Part shown: one piece after another, positions 54,110 to 64,000 of the stretch
Numbering within the stretch: position 1 is the stretch's first letter
Layout: each line of letters opens with the position of its first letter
Assembly (NCBI GenBank): GCA_963709005.1
Contig: CAVPUS010000027.1
Location: 160,801-224,800 of the forward strand
Direction: 5' to 3'
Origin: an uncultured Acidobacteriota bacterium
Lineage (GTDB): Bacteria; Acidobacteriota; Terriglobia; Acidiferrales; UBA7541
Length of the DNA stretch: 64,000 bases
Made by a program: the position numbers and the translations under genes
Notes under the pieces: generated by a model
What the model was told of the DNA's origin: nothing
Databases searched by the model: none
Seen by the model: the letters and a program-made list of their open reading frames with translations, nothing else

Positions 54110-56254
54110 ATGAACGAATTCTATTTTCGGCACGTCTATCCCGCACTGGTGATCCTGGCTTTTCTGGTCCTTACGTCCGTATTTGTTTTGCCTGCGGCCG
54201 ACAATTCTTCGCTCCCCACACCGCCGGTGGCCAAGAAAGAGCCCAAAATCACCGAGATCAATGGACACAAGATGGTGGATAACTATTATTGGCTGCGCGA
54301 AAAAACAAATCCAGACGTGAAGGCCTATCTGGAAGCCGAAAACGTCTACACCGACGCGGTGATGAAGCCCACCGAGCCGCTGCAGAAAAAGCTCTATGGC
54401 GAAATGCTGAGCCGGATCAAGGAAACTGACGTGGAGGTGCCCTACAAGGAAGGAGGCTATTTCTATTATTTGCGAACGGAAGCGGGAAAGCAGTACGGGA
54501 TTCGTTGCCGGAAGAAGGGCAGCCTTGACGCGCCGGAAGAAATAGTGCTCGATGTGAATGAACTCGCGAAGGGGCAGACCTTCATGTCCCTGGCGGCTTT
54601 TGACGTCAGTGACGACGGGAATCTGCTGGCTTACACGACGGACAACACTGGGTTCCGGCAATTCACCCTAGCCGTGAAAGATTTGCGCACGGGGAAAATG
54701 CTGGTGGAACACGCCGAGCGCGTTGATTCCGTCGCATGGGCGAACGACAACAAGACTATCTTCTATACCGTCGAAGACGAGGTCTCGAAGCGGTCCTATC
54801 GGCTATACCGTCATGCTGTCGGCACGAGCGGCCCCGACTCTCTCGTCTATGAAGAAAAAGACGAACGGTTCGAAATTGGGACCGTCAAGACGCGCAGCAA
54901 AGACTACTTATTTCTCATCTCCGGCAGCCACACCACCAGCGAGGCGCGTTACATTCCCGCCGACCAACCCATGGCGGAATGGAAACTCCTGGAACCTCGT
55001 AAACAGGGCGTCGAGTACTATCCGGATCACAATGGCAAATTCTTTTATATTCGCGTGAACGACACAGGGCGTAATTTCCGTTTGGTCAAGGCGCCGGTCT
55101 CCGATCCCGGCAGCAAGAATTGGCAGGAAGTGGTGCCGTATCGCGCCGATGTGATGCTCGACGACACGGACTTCTTCAAAAACTACTTCATCTCCTATGA
55201 ACGGGAAAAGGGTTTGCCGCAGATTCGCGTCACCAATCTCGAAACCGGAAAATCCCGGCGCATCGAATTTCCGGAGCCGGCTTACGTGACCTACGCGTAC
55301 ATCAACCGCGAATATGACACCACCAAGTTCCGGTATGGCTACCAGTCGTTTATTACTCCCCAATCGGTTTTTGAGGATGACCTGCCGAGCGGCACTACCA
55401 CTTTGCTGAAGCAGAAGGAAGTGCCCGGCGGCTATGATCGCACGCGATATCAGGTAGAACAGATTTACGCGACGGCATCCGATGGCGTCAAGATACCGAT
55501 CTCGGTGGTTCATCTGAAAGGCGCCGCGCTGGACGGCAAAGGGCCCATGTACCTCACCGGCTATGGTTCTTACGGCATATCGTACGACATCAGCTTCAAT
55601 TCCAATATTTTCAGCATGGTCGATCGTGGCGTGGTGGTGGCGGTGGCCCATATTCGCGGCGGTGGAGAAATGGGGAAGGCGTGGCACGACGACGGCCGCA
55701 TGATGCACAAGAAAAACACTTTTACCGACTTCATTGCTTCTGCAGAATACCTTGTGGCCAAGGGATATGGTTCGAAGGATCGCTTGGTGATCGAAGGGCG
55801 AAGCGCTGGCGGCCTGTTGATGGGCGCCGTTCTGAATATGCGGCCGGATTTGTTCCATGCGGCTTTGGTCGGCGTTCCGTTTGTGGACGTGATGAACACG
55901 ATGTTGGATGAATCCCTGCCGCTCACCGTCGGCGAATTCGAGGAGTGGGGCAATCCGAAGGAAAAGCCGGCATTCGATTACATGATCACCTATTCGCCCT
56001 ACGACAACATCGAGGCAAAGGGTTATCCCAATATGCTTGTCAGGACCTCCTTCAACGACAGCCAGGTGATGTATTGGGAGCCGGCCAAGTATGTCGCCAA
56101 AATGCGTGCTCTCCGAACCGACCACAATACTATGATTCTAAAAACGAACATGAACCCTGCCGGACACGGAGGCGCGTCGGGGCGCTACGATCGCCTGCAT
56201 GAAACAGCCTTTGATTACGCCTACTTCCTGACACAAATGGGAATAAACGATTAA
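54110..56254 (+). CDS. ptrB: Oligopeptidase B (S9A prolyl-oligopeptidase family)
   Basis: DNYYWLREK N-terminus, a beta-propeller region and the catalytic GRSAGGLLMG. Then VPFVDVMNTMLDESLPLTVGEFEEWGNP and DSQVMYWEPAKYVAKMR. Confidence 0.85.
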   Translation: MNEFYFRHVYPALVILAFLVLTSVFVLPAADNSSLPTPPVAKKEPKITEINGHKMVDNYYWLREKTNPDVKAYLEAENVYTDAVMKPTEPLQKKLYGEMLSRIKETDVEVPYKEGGYFYYLRTEAGKQYGIRCRKKGSLDAPEEIVLDVNELAKGQTFMSLAAFDVSDDGNLLAYTTDNTGFRQFTLAVKDLRTGKMLVEHAERVDSVAWANDNKTIFYTVEDEVSKRSYRLYRHAVGTSGPDSLVYEEKDERFEIGTVKTRSKDYLFLISGSHTTSEARYIPADQPMAEWKLLEPRKQGVEYYPDHNGKFFYIRVNDTGRNFRLVKAPVSDPGSKNWQEVVPYRADVMLDDTDFFKNYFISYEREKGLPQIRVTNLETGKSRRIEFPEPAYVTYAYINREYDTTKFRYGYQSFITPQSVFEDDLPSGTTTLLKQKEVPGGYDRTRYQVEQIYATASDGVKIPISVVHLKGAALDGKGPMYLTGYGSYGISYDISFNSNIFSMVDRGVVVAVAHIRGGGEMGKAWHDDGRMMHKKNTFTDFIASAEYLVAKGYGSKDRLVIEGRSAGGLLMGAVLNMRPDLFHAALVGVPFVDVMNTMLDESLPLTVGEFEEWGNPKEKPAFDYMITYSPYDNIEAKGYPNMLVRTSFNDSQVMYWEPAKYVAKMRALRTDHNTMILKTNMNPAGHGGASGRYDRLHETAFDYAYFLTQMGIND

Positions 56255-56297
56255 TGCGTTTCGGGCGGTCTTCGGAAGTGGGCCCGAAAAAGAAAAA

Positions 56298-56321
56298 GGC
56301 GCCGGAATCGGCGCCTTTTTT
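56298..56321. terminator. Bidirectional intrinsic terminator between convergent genes
   Basis: GGCGCCG-GAAT-CGGCGCC hairpin (56298-56315), flanked by an A-run (56287-56297) and a T-run (56316-56321). Confidence 0.75.
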
Positions 56322-56342
56322 CTTCGAGGAGTAGAAACAAAT

Positions 56343-57593
56343 CTACGGCCCGGTAGGACACGGTGTAAACGGCGCAGTCCCGCCCGCGACAGTCAGCACT
56401 GTCGGGTCCGGGAAGCTGTAGTCGCCGTTAAACGCGTTCGACGGATTGATGCCTTCGAACCATTGCAGCAGCGCCAATGTTTGAGGGTTATACGTAAAGC
56501 CATTCAGAGTAATCGGTTGCGATGGGTTGGGCAGCGCTTCGATAATGTCCCCCACCTCCAGGACGTTTTGGCAGGCGCCGGGAGGGAAGCCGGGGAGTTG
56601 GTAATTCGGCGTAATGTTGTTGATGAAGGGATCGTTGAGAGTCTCACCGAGTTCGTGTGACAGAGGGAAGATGTCGGCGAAAGTTGTGGGATTACCGAAG
56701 ATGTCGTCAGCTATGACCGCATCGAGCGAGACAGCAAAGTCGAACGTCTGCACAAAAACTTTGTTTTTGACCTGGTTGGCCTCAAACGCGGTATGGAATC
56801 CGCCGATGCAGCAATCCACAGGCTGTTGCTGGAAGAAGTCGCCGTACACCGCGTTGCGCGTGAGAAAGATCGGAATCTGGTGCACGTCAATGGGCTCGGT
56901 CTGAACCAGAGTGTTTAGTTGGGAAATGATGAAATTGAAGTCGATCAGCGCGAAGAAATTTCCGGCTGGATCCACGAACACCACGGACGATCCGAACGGA
57001 ACTTCGATCTGAACCGGAATGAGTGTCTCGGGACGGCCGAGTATGACGTGGAAGCTGTCGTTACCATTGTTGTTCTTGTTGTTGATCGAAGGAAAGAATT
57101 CCGCCCGCATTAGCCCGTCCTCATACTGCAAAAATCCGTTGGGTAACTCCGTGGGGACGAAAAGGGGGGAATTCTTGATTTCTTCGGTGATCGTCGTGGA
57201 ATCGATCACAATGTTGTTGCCGTTCTGGTCGACGAATTCGTCAAAAAAGAACGACAGCGGGATGTACTGCGTCGGGACCAAGGTGCTCTTGTTTCTTGAG
57301 GGGTCCTGACCGACCATCGTGAAAGGAAAATTCTGCCCGCCGAAAGTAAAAGAACGGGTGAAATTGGGCAACGAAATGATGCGTGGATCCTGTTGCTTGG
57401 TGGCGGTATTGGTGGACGCGGACAATTTGTTGAACGCCTTGTGCTTTGCTTTGGTGTTCAGAGATGTGAAGTAGCTGTTGTTGGCGGCAAGCGGGGAGCG
57501 GGGTACCTTCGCCGTGTTCTGCTGACCGAACGCGGCGAAACTACCGAACAAGCTGAGCGCAACTAGGCACACACAAACCAGGGGCTTTCGCAT
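56343..57593 (-). CDS. Orphan secreted Asn/Phe-rich protein in a low-GC gene
   Basis: Signal peptide MRKPLVCVCLVALSLFGSFAAFGQ. Sampled GC is about 45-50%. I recognise no family. Possible metal-binding motifs: CCIGGFH and SHELGETLNDP. Confidence 0.55.
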   Translation of the reverse strand: MRKPLVCVCLVALSLFGSFAAFGQQNTAKVPRSPLAANNSYFTSLNTKAKHKAFNKLSASTNTATKQQDPRIISLPNFTRSFTFGGQNFPFTMVGQDPSRNKSTLVPTQYIPLSFFFDEFVDQNGNNIVIDSTTITEEIKNSPLFVPTELPNGFLQYEDGLMRAEFFPSINNKNNNGNDSFHVILGRPETLIPVQIEVPFGSSVVFVDPAGNFFALIDFNFIISQLNTLVQTEPIDVHQIPIFLTRNAVYGDFFQQQPVDCCIGGFHTAFEANQVKNKVFVQTFDFAVSLDAVIADDIFGNPTTFADIFPLSHELGETLNDPFINNITPNYQLPGFPPGACQNVLEVGDIIEALPNPSQPITLNGFTYNPQTLALLQWFEGINPSNAFNGDYSFPDPTVLTVAGGTAPFTPCPTGP

Positions 57594-58021
57594 TCCTATT
57601 TTTCTCCTTCAAGTTACAATCGTAAGGTTGGGAAACGCTGAGCGAATTCTGCTTGTGGGCTAATTGAAAGTCAAACCAATTTGTAGACAATCTTTTGGGT
57701 GAGCCGAAGCTGCTCACCGATGGCTGCAAACGTTACCGCCTCCTTCTAGTACTACTAGACCAGGATGCCATCGCGAGAAGAGAAGTGATCCCGGCAGAAA
57801 TAAAAGGCCGTTCCTCCAAAGCAAGGGCCAGGCCTTGGTTTTAGGTTAGTGCTTGAATGCCGTCACTACGGACCGGCAACAATGGTGAACCTCGGCTCGA
57901 TTGCTCGCCTCATCTCCGCAATTGTTGCCAAACCGTAGTTGATTTGGAACCTGAGCGAAGGCCGGCGGCTCGGGTAATTTGGCGCACCGCGCCCCGGCAT
58001 GGTATAAATGTTTCTCTGAGC

Positions 58022-58624
58022 ATGTTGGACATCTCCAATCCTGGCCCTGCCAACGCCCCTGAAAATGCGTCGGCCCCGCAATTGCGCCGCGAATTGCGCA
58101 GTTGGACGCGCGATCTTGCCGTTGCGCTCGGCCTCGCTCTCGTTATCATTATTTTTCTATATCAGCCGGTTAAAGTGGAAGGCACCAGTATGGCCCCGCT
58201 TCTCAGCGATCAGGAGCGCATCTTCATCAACAAGTTCGTCTACCGCTTCGAGCCCATCGAGCGTGGGGACGTGGTCGTTTTCTGGTATCCAATCGACCAC
58301 TCGAAATCCTTCATCAAACGAGTCGTCGGCCTGCCTGGCGAGACGATTGAGATTCGCGCCGGGCACGTGTACGTGGAAGGGAAAGAATTGAAGGAGCCGT
58401 ATGTTCCGGCGAGCTACCTCGATGGCTCGAGCTATCCTTCTGTCCAGATTCCTTCGGGAAATTATTTCGTCATGGGCGATCATCGCGATAGCTCTAACGA
58501 TTCGCGCGTGTTCGGGCCCGTGGGGCGGCCATATATTTATGGCAAGGCGGTATTCGCGTACTGGCCCGTGGACCATTTCGGCTCGCTGACTTCTTCGTCC
58601 ACGGTGAATGCGGCGTCGAAATGA
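58022..58624 (+). CDS. lepB: Signal peptidase I
   Basis: Catalytic Ser in VEGTSMAPLL. Then RGDVVVF, the Lys box FIKRVVGLPGE and GDHRDSSNDSR. Confidence 0.9.
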   Translation: MLDISNPGPANAPENASAPQLRRELRSWTRDLAVALGLALVIIIFLYQPVKVEGTSMAPLLSDQERIFINKFVYRFEPIERGDVVVFWYPIDHSKSFIKRVVGLPGETIEIRAGHVYVEGKELKEPYVPASYLDGSSYPSVQIPSGNYFVMGDHRDSSNDSRVFGPVGRPYIYGKAVFAYWPVDHFGSLTSSSTVNAASK

Positions 58625-58630
58625 ACTTCT

Positions 58631-59887
58631 TTGGAGGACACACTGAACGAGCCCCTCGCAGGTCGCGCGACTCTCGCGCTCGAGGACGGTCGAGTCTTTA
58701 AAGGCCGCGCGGCGGGCGCTCGCACCCGTCGCGGCGGCGAAGTCGTTTTCAATACCAGCCTCACCGGCTATCAGGAAGTTTTCACCGATCCGAGCTATTC
58801 CGGCCAGATTGTTTGCCTCACGTATCCGCACATAGGAAATGTCGGCGCGAATAGCGACGACGAAGAATCCGCGAAGCCCTACATCGAAGCGCTGATTGTG
58901 CGCGAGTTCGCGCAGCTCGCGTCCAACTGGCGCGCCAGCGAATCGGCGCAACAATATCTCGAGCGCCACGGCGTGCCGGTCATTTGGGATCTCGACACGC
59001 GCGCGTTGGTGCGCCACCTTCGCGAAGTTGGTGCGCTGCGCGGCGTGGTCTCGACGGACGGCGCAGCGGCCGAGGCGCTCATCGCCGAAGCGCGGGCGCT
59101 GCCGACAATGGCCGGCCAGGAGCTCGCGAGCCGCGTCACCTGCGCGAAGCGCTACGCCTGGGAGCACAGCTCAATCGACTTGGCTGCGCCTATCGGCGCC
59201 GCGGCTGCCGCAGGCAGTTTGCGTAGCGAAGGTCAGAGCTCTAGAGCCGTGGAAGGGCGGGGCTTCAGCCCCGCCGTGCAAGCAACGAAGGTTCGGGCTT
59301 CAGCCCCTGAAGCGCGACAACGCTATCGAGTCGTCGCCTACGATTTCGGCATCAAGCAAAATATCCTGCGCCTCCTCGTTGACCACAACTGTGATGTCAC
59401 CGTTGTCCCCGCGAAAACTTCCGCCGAAGACGTCCTCGCGCTCAAACCGCACGGCGTCTTCCTCTCGAACGGTCCCGGCGACCCCGAGCCCATTGGCTAC
59501 GCCATCGCGAACATTCGTAAGTTGCTGGGGCGCGTCCCAATCTTTGGCATTTGCCTCGGCCACCAGCTCTGCGGCCTGGCCCTCGGCGGCAAGACATTCA
59601 AATTGAAATTTGGCCATCACGGCTCGAATCATCCGGTGATGAATCTACTCACCCAGAAAGTCGAGATCACGGCGCAAAACCACGGCTTCTGCGTTGATCC
59701 CGATTCGCTTCCGTCGAGCGACGTCGAGATCACGCACGTGAACCTGAACGACCACACCAACGAAGGCATGCGCCACCGTTCGCTGCCGCTCTTCAGCGTG
59801 CAGTATCACCCCGAGGCCTCGCCCGGCCCCCACGACGCTCGTTACCTCTTTGATGATTTCATCGCACTCATGAGCGGCAGGGCCTGA
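58631..59887 (+). CDS. carA: Carbamoyl-phosphate synthase small (glutaminase) subunit, with an extended interdomain linker
   Basis: [17 protein letters not shown], the GATase catalytic GICLGHQ and VQYHPE. The TTG start at 58631 is tentative. At 418 aa it is about 35 aa longer than typical CarA. Confidence 0.9.
   Translation: MEDTLNEPLAGRATLALEDGRVFKGRAAGARTRRGGEVVFNTSLTGYQEVFTDPSYSGQIVCLTYPHIGNVGANSDDEESAKPYIEALIVREFAQLASNWRASESAQQYLERHGVPVIWDLDTRALVRHLREVGALRGVVSTDGAAAEALIAEARALPTMAGQELASRVTCAKRYAWEHSSIDLAAPIGAAAAAGSLRSEGQSSRAVEGRGFSPAVQATKVRASAPEARQRYRVVAYDFGIKQNILRLLVDHNCDVTVVPAKTSAEDVLALKPHGVFLSNGPGDPEPIGYAIANIRKLLGRVPIFGICLGHQLCGLALGGKTFKLKFGHHGSNHPVMNLLTQKVEITAQNHGFCVDPDSLPSSDVEITHVNLNDHTNEGMRHRSLPLFSVQYHPEASPGPHDARYLFDDFIALMSGRA
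59253..59312 (+). repeat. Two-hairpin palindromic repeat unit, copy C, inside the carA coding sequence
   Basis: GGCGGGGC-TTCA-GCCCCGCC (59256-59275), a spacer, then CGGGCTTCAGCCCCTGAAG (59294-59312). Its hairpin modules match the reverse complement of 30797-30866 at about 25/27 and 19/20 positions. Confidence 0.75.
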
Positions 59888-62800
59888 TGCCGAAACGTAC
59901 TGACATCAAGAGAATCCTGATCATCGGCTCCGGCCCGATCGTCATCGGGCAAGCGTGCGAGTTCGACTATTCGGGCACGCAGGCATGCAAGGCCCTTCGC
60001 TCCGAAGGCTACGAAGTCGTGCTCGTCAATTCGAATCCCGCGACAATCATGACCGACCCTGAAATCGCGAACCGCACCTATATCGAGCCCCTCGCGAAGG
60101 AATATCTCGAAGCGATTATCGCAGTCGAACGCCCCGACGCGCTGCTCCCGACTGTTGGCGGACAGACGGGCCTCAATCTCGCCGTCGAGCTGGCCGAAAG
60201 CGGCATCCTCGAAAAATATGGCGTGAAACTCATCGGCGCACAGCTCCACGCGATCAAAGTTGCCGAAGATCGCCTGCTCTTTAAGGATGTGTGCCGCAAG
60301 ATCGGCCTCGAAGTGCCCGCTTCCGAAGTCGTCAACGATATTCCGAAAGCCATCGAGCTTGCCGACCAGCTCGGCTATCCCGTCGTGATCCGCCCGTCGT
60401 TCACTCTGGGCGGCACGGGCGGCTCCATCGCCTACAACCGTGAGGAATTCTCGGACGCAATCTCTCGCGCTCTCGACGCCAGCCCCGTGCGCCAGGCGCT
60501 GATCGAAGAGTCCGTGCTGGGCTGGAAAGAATACGAGCTTGAGGTGATGCGCGACTTCCGCGACAACTTCGTGGTCATTTGCTCGATCGAGAATTTCGAT
60601 CCGATGGGGATTCATACCGGCGATTCGATCACGGTGGCGCCCGCGCAGACGCTCACCGACAAGGAATACCAGCGCATGCGCGACGCCGCGGCCGCCATCA
60701 TCCGCGAAGTCGGAGTGGAGACGGGCGGCTCGAACATTCAATTTGCAATCGAGCCGGGCACGGGCCGCATGGTGGTAATCGAGATGAACCCGCGCGTCTC
60801 GCGCAGTTCTGCGCTCGCCAGCAAAGCCACGGGTTTTCCGATCGCGAAGATTGCCGCGAAGCTCGCGCTCGGCATGACGCTCGACGAAATTCCCAACGAC
60901 ATCACGCGCACCACGCCCGCGTCTTTCGAGCCGACCATTGACTATGTCGTCGTGAAAATTCCGAAATGGCAGTTCGAGAAATTTCCCGGCAGCGACACAA
61001 CGCTCTCGACGCAAATGAAATCCGTCGGCGAAGTGATGGCCATCGGCCGGAATTTTCAGGAAGCGCTGTGCAAGGGCATCCGGTCGCTCGAGCCGCATTC
61101 TCCGTGGCGCGCGCCCGCCGAAGTCACCACCGCGCTTCTGCGCGAGCGGCTGTCCGTGCCCGGGCCGGACCGCATCCACTGGCTTTTTGATGCGCTTGAA
61201 CGCGGGATGACCCGCGATGAAGTGTGCTCGCTTACGAAGATCGATCCCTGGTTCATCCGCCATCTCGAAGAAATGGTCGCGCTCGACCGCCGGACCGCTT
61301 CGTCGACTCTCCGCAATGTCCCGCGCGAATTGCTGCTCGAAGCCAAACGCTCCGGCGCAAGCGATGAAGAGCTCGCGAAGCTGTGGAAGGCAACAGCCGC
61401 CGAAGTCCGGGCTCGACGCCACGCTCTCGGCGTGCGCCCCATTTTCAAGCGCGTGGACACGTGCGCCGCGGAATTTGAATCCTTCACTCCGTATATGTAC
61501 TCAACCTACGAAGAGGAAGACGAATCCGGCGCTGTGGACCGCCCGAAAGTCGTAATTCTCGGCAGCGGGCCGAATCGCATCGGGCAGGGAATTGAATTTG
61601 ATTACTGCTGCTGCCACGCGGCCTTCGCACTCAAGGAAGACGGCTACGAAACCGTGATGGTGAACTGCAATCCGGAAACCGTTTCCACCGATTACGACAC
61701 TTCCGACCGCCTGTATTTCGAGCCTCTTACGCTTGAAGACGTTCTGGCGATTCTCGACCGTGAGAAGCCTCAGGGCGTCATCGTTCAATTTGGAGGGCAG
61801 ACGCCGCTGAACCTCGCTCTCGAACTGAAGCGCAACGGCGCGCAGATCATCGGCACCGACCCTGAATCCATTGATCTCGCCGAGGACCGCCGCCGGTTCG
61901 GGCGGCTTCTTGACGACTTGAAAATTCCGCAGCCCCGTGCGGGAACGGCGCTTGCGCCCGAGGAAGCCGCGAAGGTGGCATCCGAAATCGGCTTGCCGGT
62001 TCTCATCCGGCCCAGCTACGTGCTGGGCGGGCGCGCGATGGTGATCGCTTACGATTTGAAAACGGTTCAGGATTACGTCGCGCAAGCGGCGCTCATCGGT
62101 TCGGCGTCCGATCCGCGGCGCCCGATTTTGATTGACCAGTTCCTCGAAGACGCCACGGAAGTCGATGTGGACGCTCTCGCCGACGGGGAAGACGTGGTGA
62201 TTGCCGGAATCATGGAGCACATCGAAGAAGCCGGGATTCACTCCGGCGACTCTTCGTGTGTGCTGCCGTCCGTCACTCTCAGCCCCTCGGTTCTCGAGCG
62301 CATCCGCGATTTCACTGCTCGCCTGGCCCGCGCGCTGCATGTGGTCGGGTTGATGAACGTGCAGTATGCCATCCAGCGCGACACGGTGTTCGTCCTCGAA
62401 GTGAATCCTCGCGCGTCGCGTACGATCCCCTATGTCAGCAAAGCCACGGGAGTCCCGCTCGCGAAAATTGCCGCGCGGTTGATGACCGGCCGCAAGTTGC
62501 GCGACCTCAACCTGCCCTTCATCGAGACGAACGGCGTGAAAGAGTTGGCCGTCCGCGATTTCTACGCCGTGAAGTCGCCGGTATTTCCGTTCAATAAGTT
62601 CCGCGGTGTGGACACCATTCTTGGCCCCGAGATGCGCTCGACGGGTGAAGTGATGGGCGTTTCATCCACCTTCGGACTCGCGTTCGCGAAGGCGCAGCTT
62701 GCAGCCGGCCAGGGCCTTCCGCTCGAGGGAACAGTTTTCATCAGCGTCAACGATCACGACAAGCGCCAGATCGCGCCCATTGCCCGAGACCTCGTCGCGG

Positions 62801-63156
62801 CAGGGTTGAAAGTGGTTGCCACGCGGGGCACCGCCATGGCTCTTTCGAAAGCGGGCATCGAAGTGGAATCGGTTTACAAAGTGAATGAGGGCCGCCCGAA
62901 TATCGTGGACCTGATCAAGACCAACAAGGTGGGTCTCGTGATCAATACGCCGCTCGGGCGCGAATCCTTCTACGACGAAAAATCCATTCGCCGCGCCGCA
63001 ATCCGTCACAACGTTCCATGCATCACAACGCTTTCCGCCGCGAAGGCCGCTGCCGGCGGCATTCGCGCCATGGCCGGCCATGCGGTGGAGGTTGCCGCGC
63101 TTCAGGATTTGCATCGACGCAAGACGACCGCGGGGGCTCCCAGCGAGCACTCCTGA
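59887..63156 (+). CDS. carB: Carbamoyl-phosphate synthase large subunit
   Basis: 1089 aa with duplicated ATP-grasp halves ([24 protein letters not shown] and [24 protein letters not shown]) and a C-terminal MGS-like domain. The ATG overlaps the carA stop. Confidence 0.97.
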   Translation: MPKRTDIKRILIIGSGPIVIGQACEFDYSGTQACKALRSEGYEVVLVNSNPATIMTDPEIANRTYIEPLAKEYLEAIIAVERPDALLPTVGGQTGLNLAVELAESGILEKYGVKLIGAQLHAIKVAEDRLLFKDVCRKIGLEVPASEVVNDIPKAIELADQLGYPVVIRPSFTLGGTGGSIAYNREEFSDAISRALDASPVRQALIEESVLGWKEYELEVMRDFRDNFVVICSIENFDPMGIHTGDSITVAPAQTLTDKEYQRMRDAAAAIIREVGVETGGSNIQFAIEPGTGRMVVIEMNPRVSRSSALASKATGFPIAKIAAKLALGMTLDEIPNDITRTTPASFEPTIDYVVVKIPKWQFEKFPGSDTTLSTQMKSVGEVMAIGRNFQEALCKGIRSLEPHSPWRAPAEVTTALLRERLSVPGPDRIHWLFDALERGMTRDEVCSLTKIDPWFIRHLEEMVALDRRTASSTLRNVPRELLLEAKRSGASDEELAKLWKATAAEVRARRHALGVRPIFKRVDTCAAEFESFTPYMYSTYEEEDESGAVDRPKVVILGSGPNRIGQGIEFDYCCCHAAFALKEDGYETVMVNCNPETVSTDYDTSDRLYFEPLTLEDVLAILDREKPQGVIVQFGGQTPLNLALELKRNGAQIIGTDPESIDLAEDRRRFGRLLDDLKIPQPRAGTALAPEEAAKVASEIGLPVLIRPSYVLGGRAMVIAYDLKTVQDYVAQAALIGSASDPRRPILIDQFLEDATEVDVDALADGEDVVIAGIMEHIEEAGIHSGDSSCVLPSVTLSPSVLERIRDFTARLARALHVVGLMNVQYAIQRDTVFVLEVNPRASRTIPYVSKATGVPLAKIAARLMTGRKLRDLNLPFIETNGVKELAVRDFYAVKSPVFPFNKFRGVDTILGPEMRSTGEVMGVSSTFGLAFAKAQLAAGQGLPLEGTVFISVNDHDKRQIAPIARDLVAAGLKVVATRGTAMALSKAGIEVESVYKVNEGRPNIVDLIKTNKVGLVINTPLGRESFYDEKSIRRAAIRHNVPCITTLSAAKAAAGGIRAMAGHAVEVAALQDLHRRKTTAGAPSEHS

Positions 63157-63185
63157 AGTAGAATCGCCTGATGTAGAGTTGCGAA

Positions 63186-64000
63186 ATGGAACTTCACGGC
63201 ATTTTCGCTCCGCTCACCACGCCCTTTGCGGCAGACGGCGCCATTGCGCCCGAGCGCCTGCGCGAAAACATCGCGCGCTATAACCGCACGGGCCTCGCGG
63301 GCTACGTCCTCAATGGTTCAACCGGTGAATCGGTTCTCCTGCGCTGGGAAGAAATCTATCGCCTGTGGGAGGCGGCGAAGGAAGCCGCCGCGCCGGGAAA
63401 AATCATGGTTGCTGGCAGCGGCGCCGAAGCCACCGCCGAGACAATCGAGCACACGAACCGCGCCGCCTCGCTCGGCTATGATTTCGCTCTCATCCGCACG
63501 CCACACTACTTCAAGCCACAAATGACCGTGGACGCGCTCGCCGAATATTACATTCGCGTCGCGGATGCCGCGCGGATTCCCCTGATGGTCTATTCGGTGC
63601 CCATTTTCACCCATCTCACGGTCGAAGCGCCGCTGATCGTGCGCCTGGCGAAGCATCAGAACATCATCGGGATGAAGGACAGCTCGGGTGATGTGAAAGG
63701 CATCGCCGAGATCATCGCTGCCGCGCCCCGCGAATTCCGCACGCTGGTCGGTTCGGCATCCACGCTCTTCGAATCCCTGCAACTCGGCGCGGTCGGCGCA
63801 ATCCTTGCTCTCGCCAACGCGTTCCCCGAGCTATGTGTCGAAATCTACGAAGCCTCGCGCGCAGGTGACTCCGCGAAGGCGCACTCGCTCGCGCAGAAAC
63901 TCATCGCTCCTGCAAAGATGCTGGGTCCGCAGTACGGAATTCCCGGCCTGAAATACACACTCGACCGCCTCGGCTATTACGGCGGCCCACCCCGCCCGCC
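63186..64000 (+). CDS. Dihydrodipicolinate synthase/N-acetylneuraminate lyase family protein (class I aldolase); the 3' end lies outside the window
   Basis: My translation from the ATG at 63186 reads MELHGIFAPLTTPF...YVLNGSTGESVLL...MVYSVP...IIGMKDSSGD (Schiff-base Lys motif). The frame stays open to the window end. Confidence 0.8.
   Translation, partial: MELHGIFAPLTTPFAADGAIAPERLRENIARYNRTGLAGYVLNGSTGESVLLRWEEIYRLWEAAKEAAAPGKIMVAGSGAEATAETIEHTNRAASLGYDFALIRTPHYFKPQMTVDALAEYYIRVADAARIPLMVYSVPIFTHLTVEAPLIVRLAKHQNIIGMKDSSGDVKGIAEIIAAAPREFRTLVGSASTLFESLQLGAVGAILALANAFPELCVEIYEASRAGDSAKAHSLAQKLIAPAKMLGPQYGIPGLKYTLDRLGYYGGPPRP

Noticed and set aside
59842-61422. A 526-aa ORF antisense to carB. 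Comparable antisense ORFs lie at 58157-59167, 54908-56125, 51313-52455 and 48225-49664.
   Set aside because: Each lies opposite a highly conserved housekeeping gene and has no independent coding evidence.

Overview
High-GC (roughly 60%) bacterial chromosomal segment. Its gene content and repeat families resemble Acidobacteriota, but that assignment is inference only. I can support about 55 protein genes, one tRNA, several repeat families and a few promoter or terminator candidates. Long ORFs antisense to the called genes look like stop-poor high-GC artefacts.

Content from left to right:
- A type IV pilus/T2SS-like cluster: pilC (partial), pilB, pilM, pilN, pilO, a pilP-like gene and an atypical pseudopilin. 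No secretin gene follows it.
- A lytic transglycosylase, a Cof-type HAD phosphatase, an MFS transporter, a cupin, an alpha/beta hydrolase, thrC and tRNA-Ala(CGC).
- pilT, an orphan polytopic histidine kinase, an S41 protease, tatA/tatC and an M28 peptidase.
- A repeat-rich accessory patch (19.9-22.5 kb): a tandem 41/42-nt repeat, a PH-domain gene, and a lower-GC SIMPL gene carrying an in-frame TAG and bracketed by 33-nt direct repeats.
- aroB-ubiE.
- A pilD, histidine kinase, secreted coiled-coil protein and NtrC-type regulator operon.
- A second small accessory patch (28.9-30.9 kb): an orphan secreted protein, a frameshifted hydrolase and a MITE-like element.
- hutH, a thioesterase and a membrane MutS-related ATPase.
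- A minus-strand branched-chain acyl-CoA operon: an isobutyryl-CoA-mutase-type large subunit, an inverted-repeat-flanked GxxExxY gene, a hydrolase, the B12-binding subunit, a carboxyltransferase, HMG-CoA lyase and a crotonase.
- TolC, M13 and M1 peptidases, hrcA-grpE-dnaJ, rsmE, oligopeptidase B and a low-GC orphan secreted protein.
- lepB-carA-carB and a partial DapA-family gene.

I do not recognise a clear-cut novel multi-gene system such as a defence island. The most unusual signals are:
- a dispersed two-hairpin repeat family, with one copy translated in frame inside carA;
- the inverted-repeat-bracketed GxxExxY cassette that splits the mutase genes;
- the direct-repeat-flanked SIMPL islet;
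- the PilSR-like operon with an extra secreted protein.
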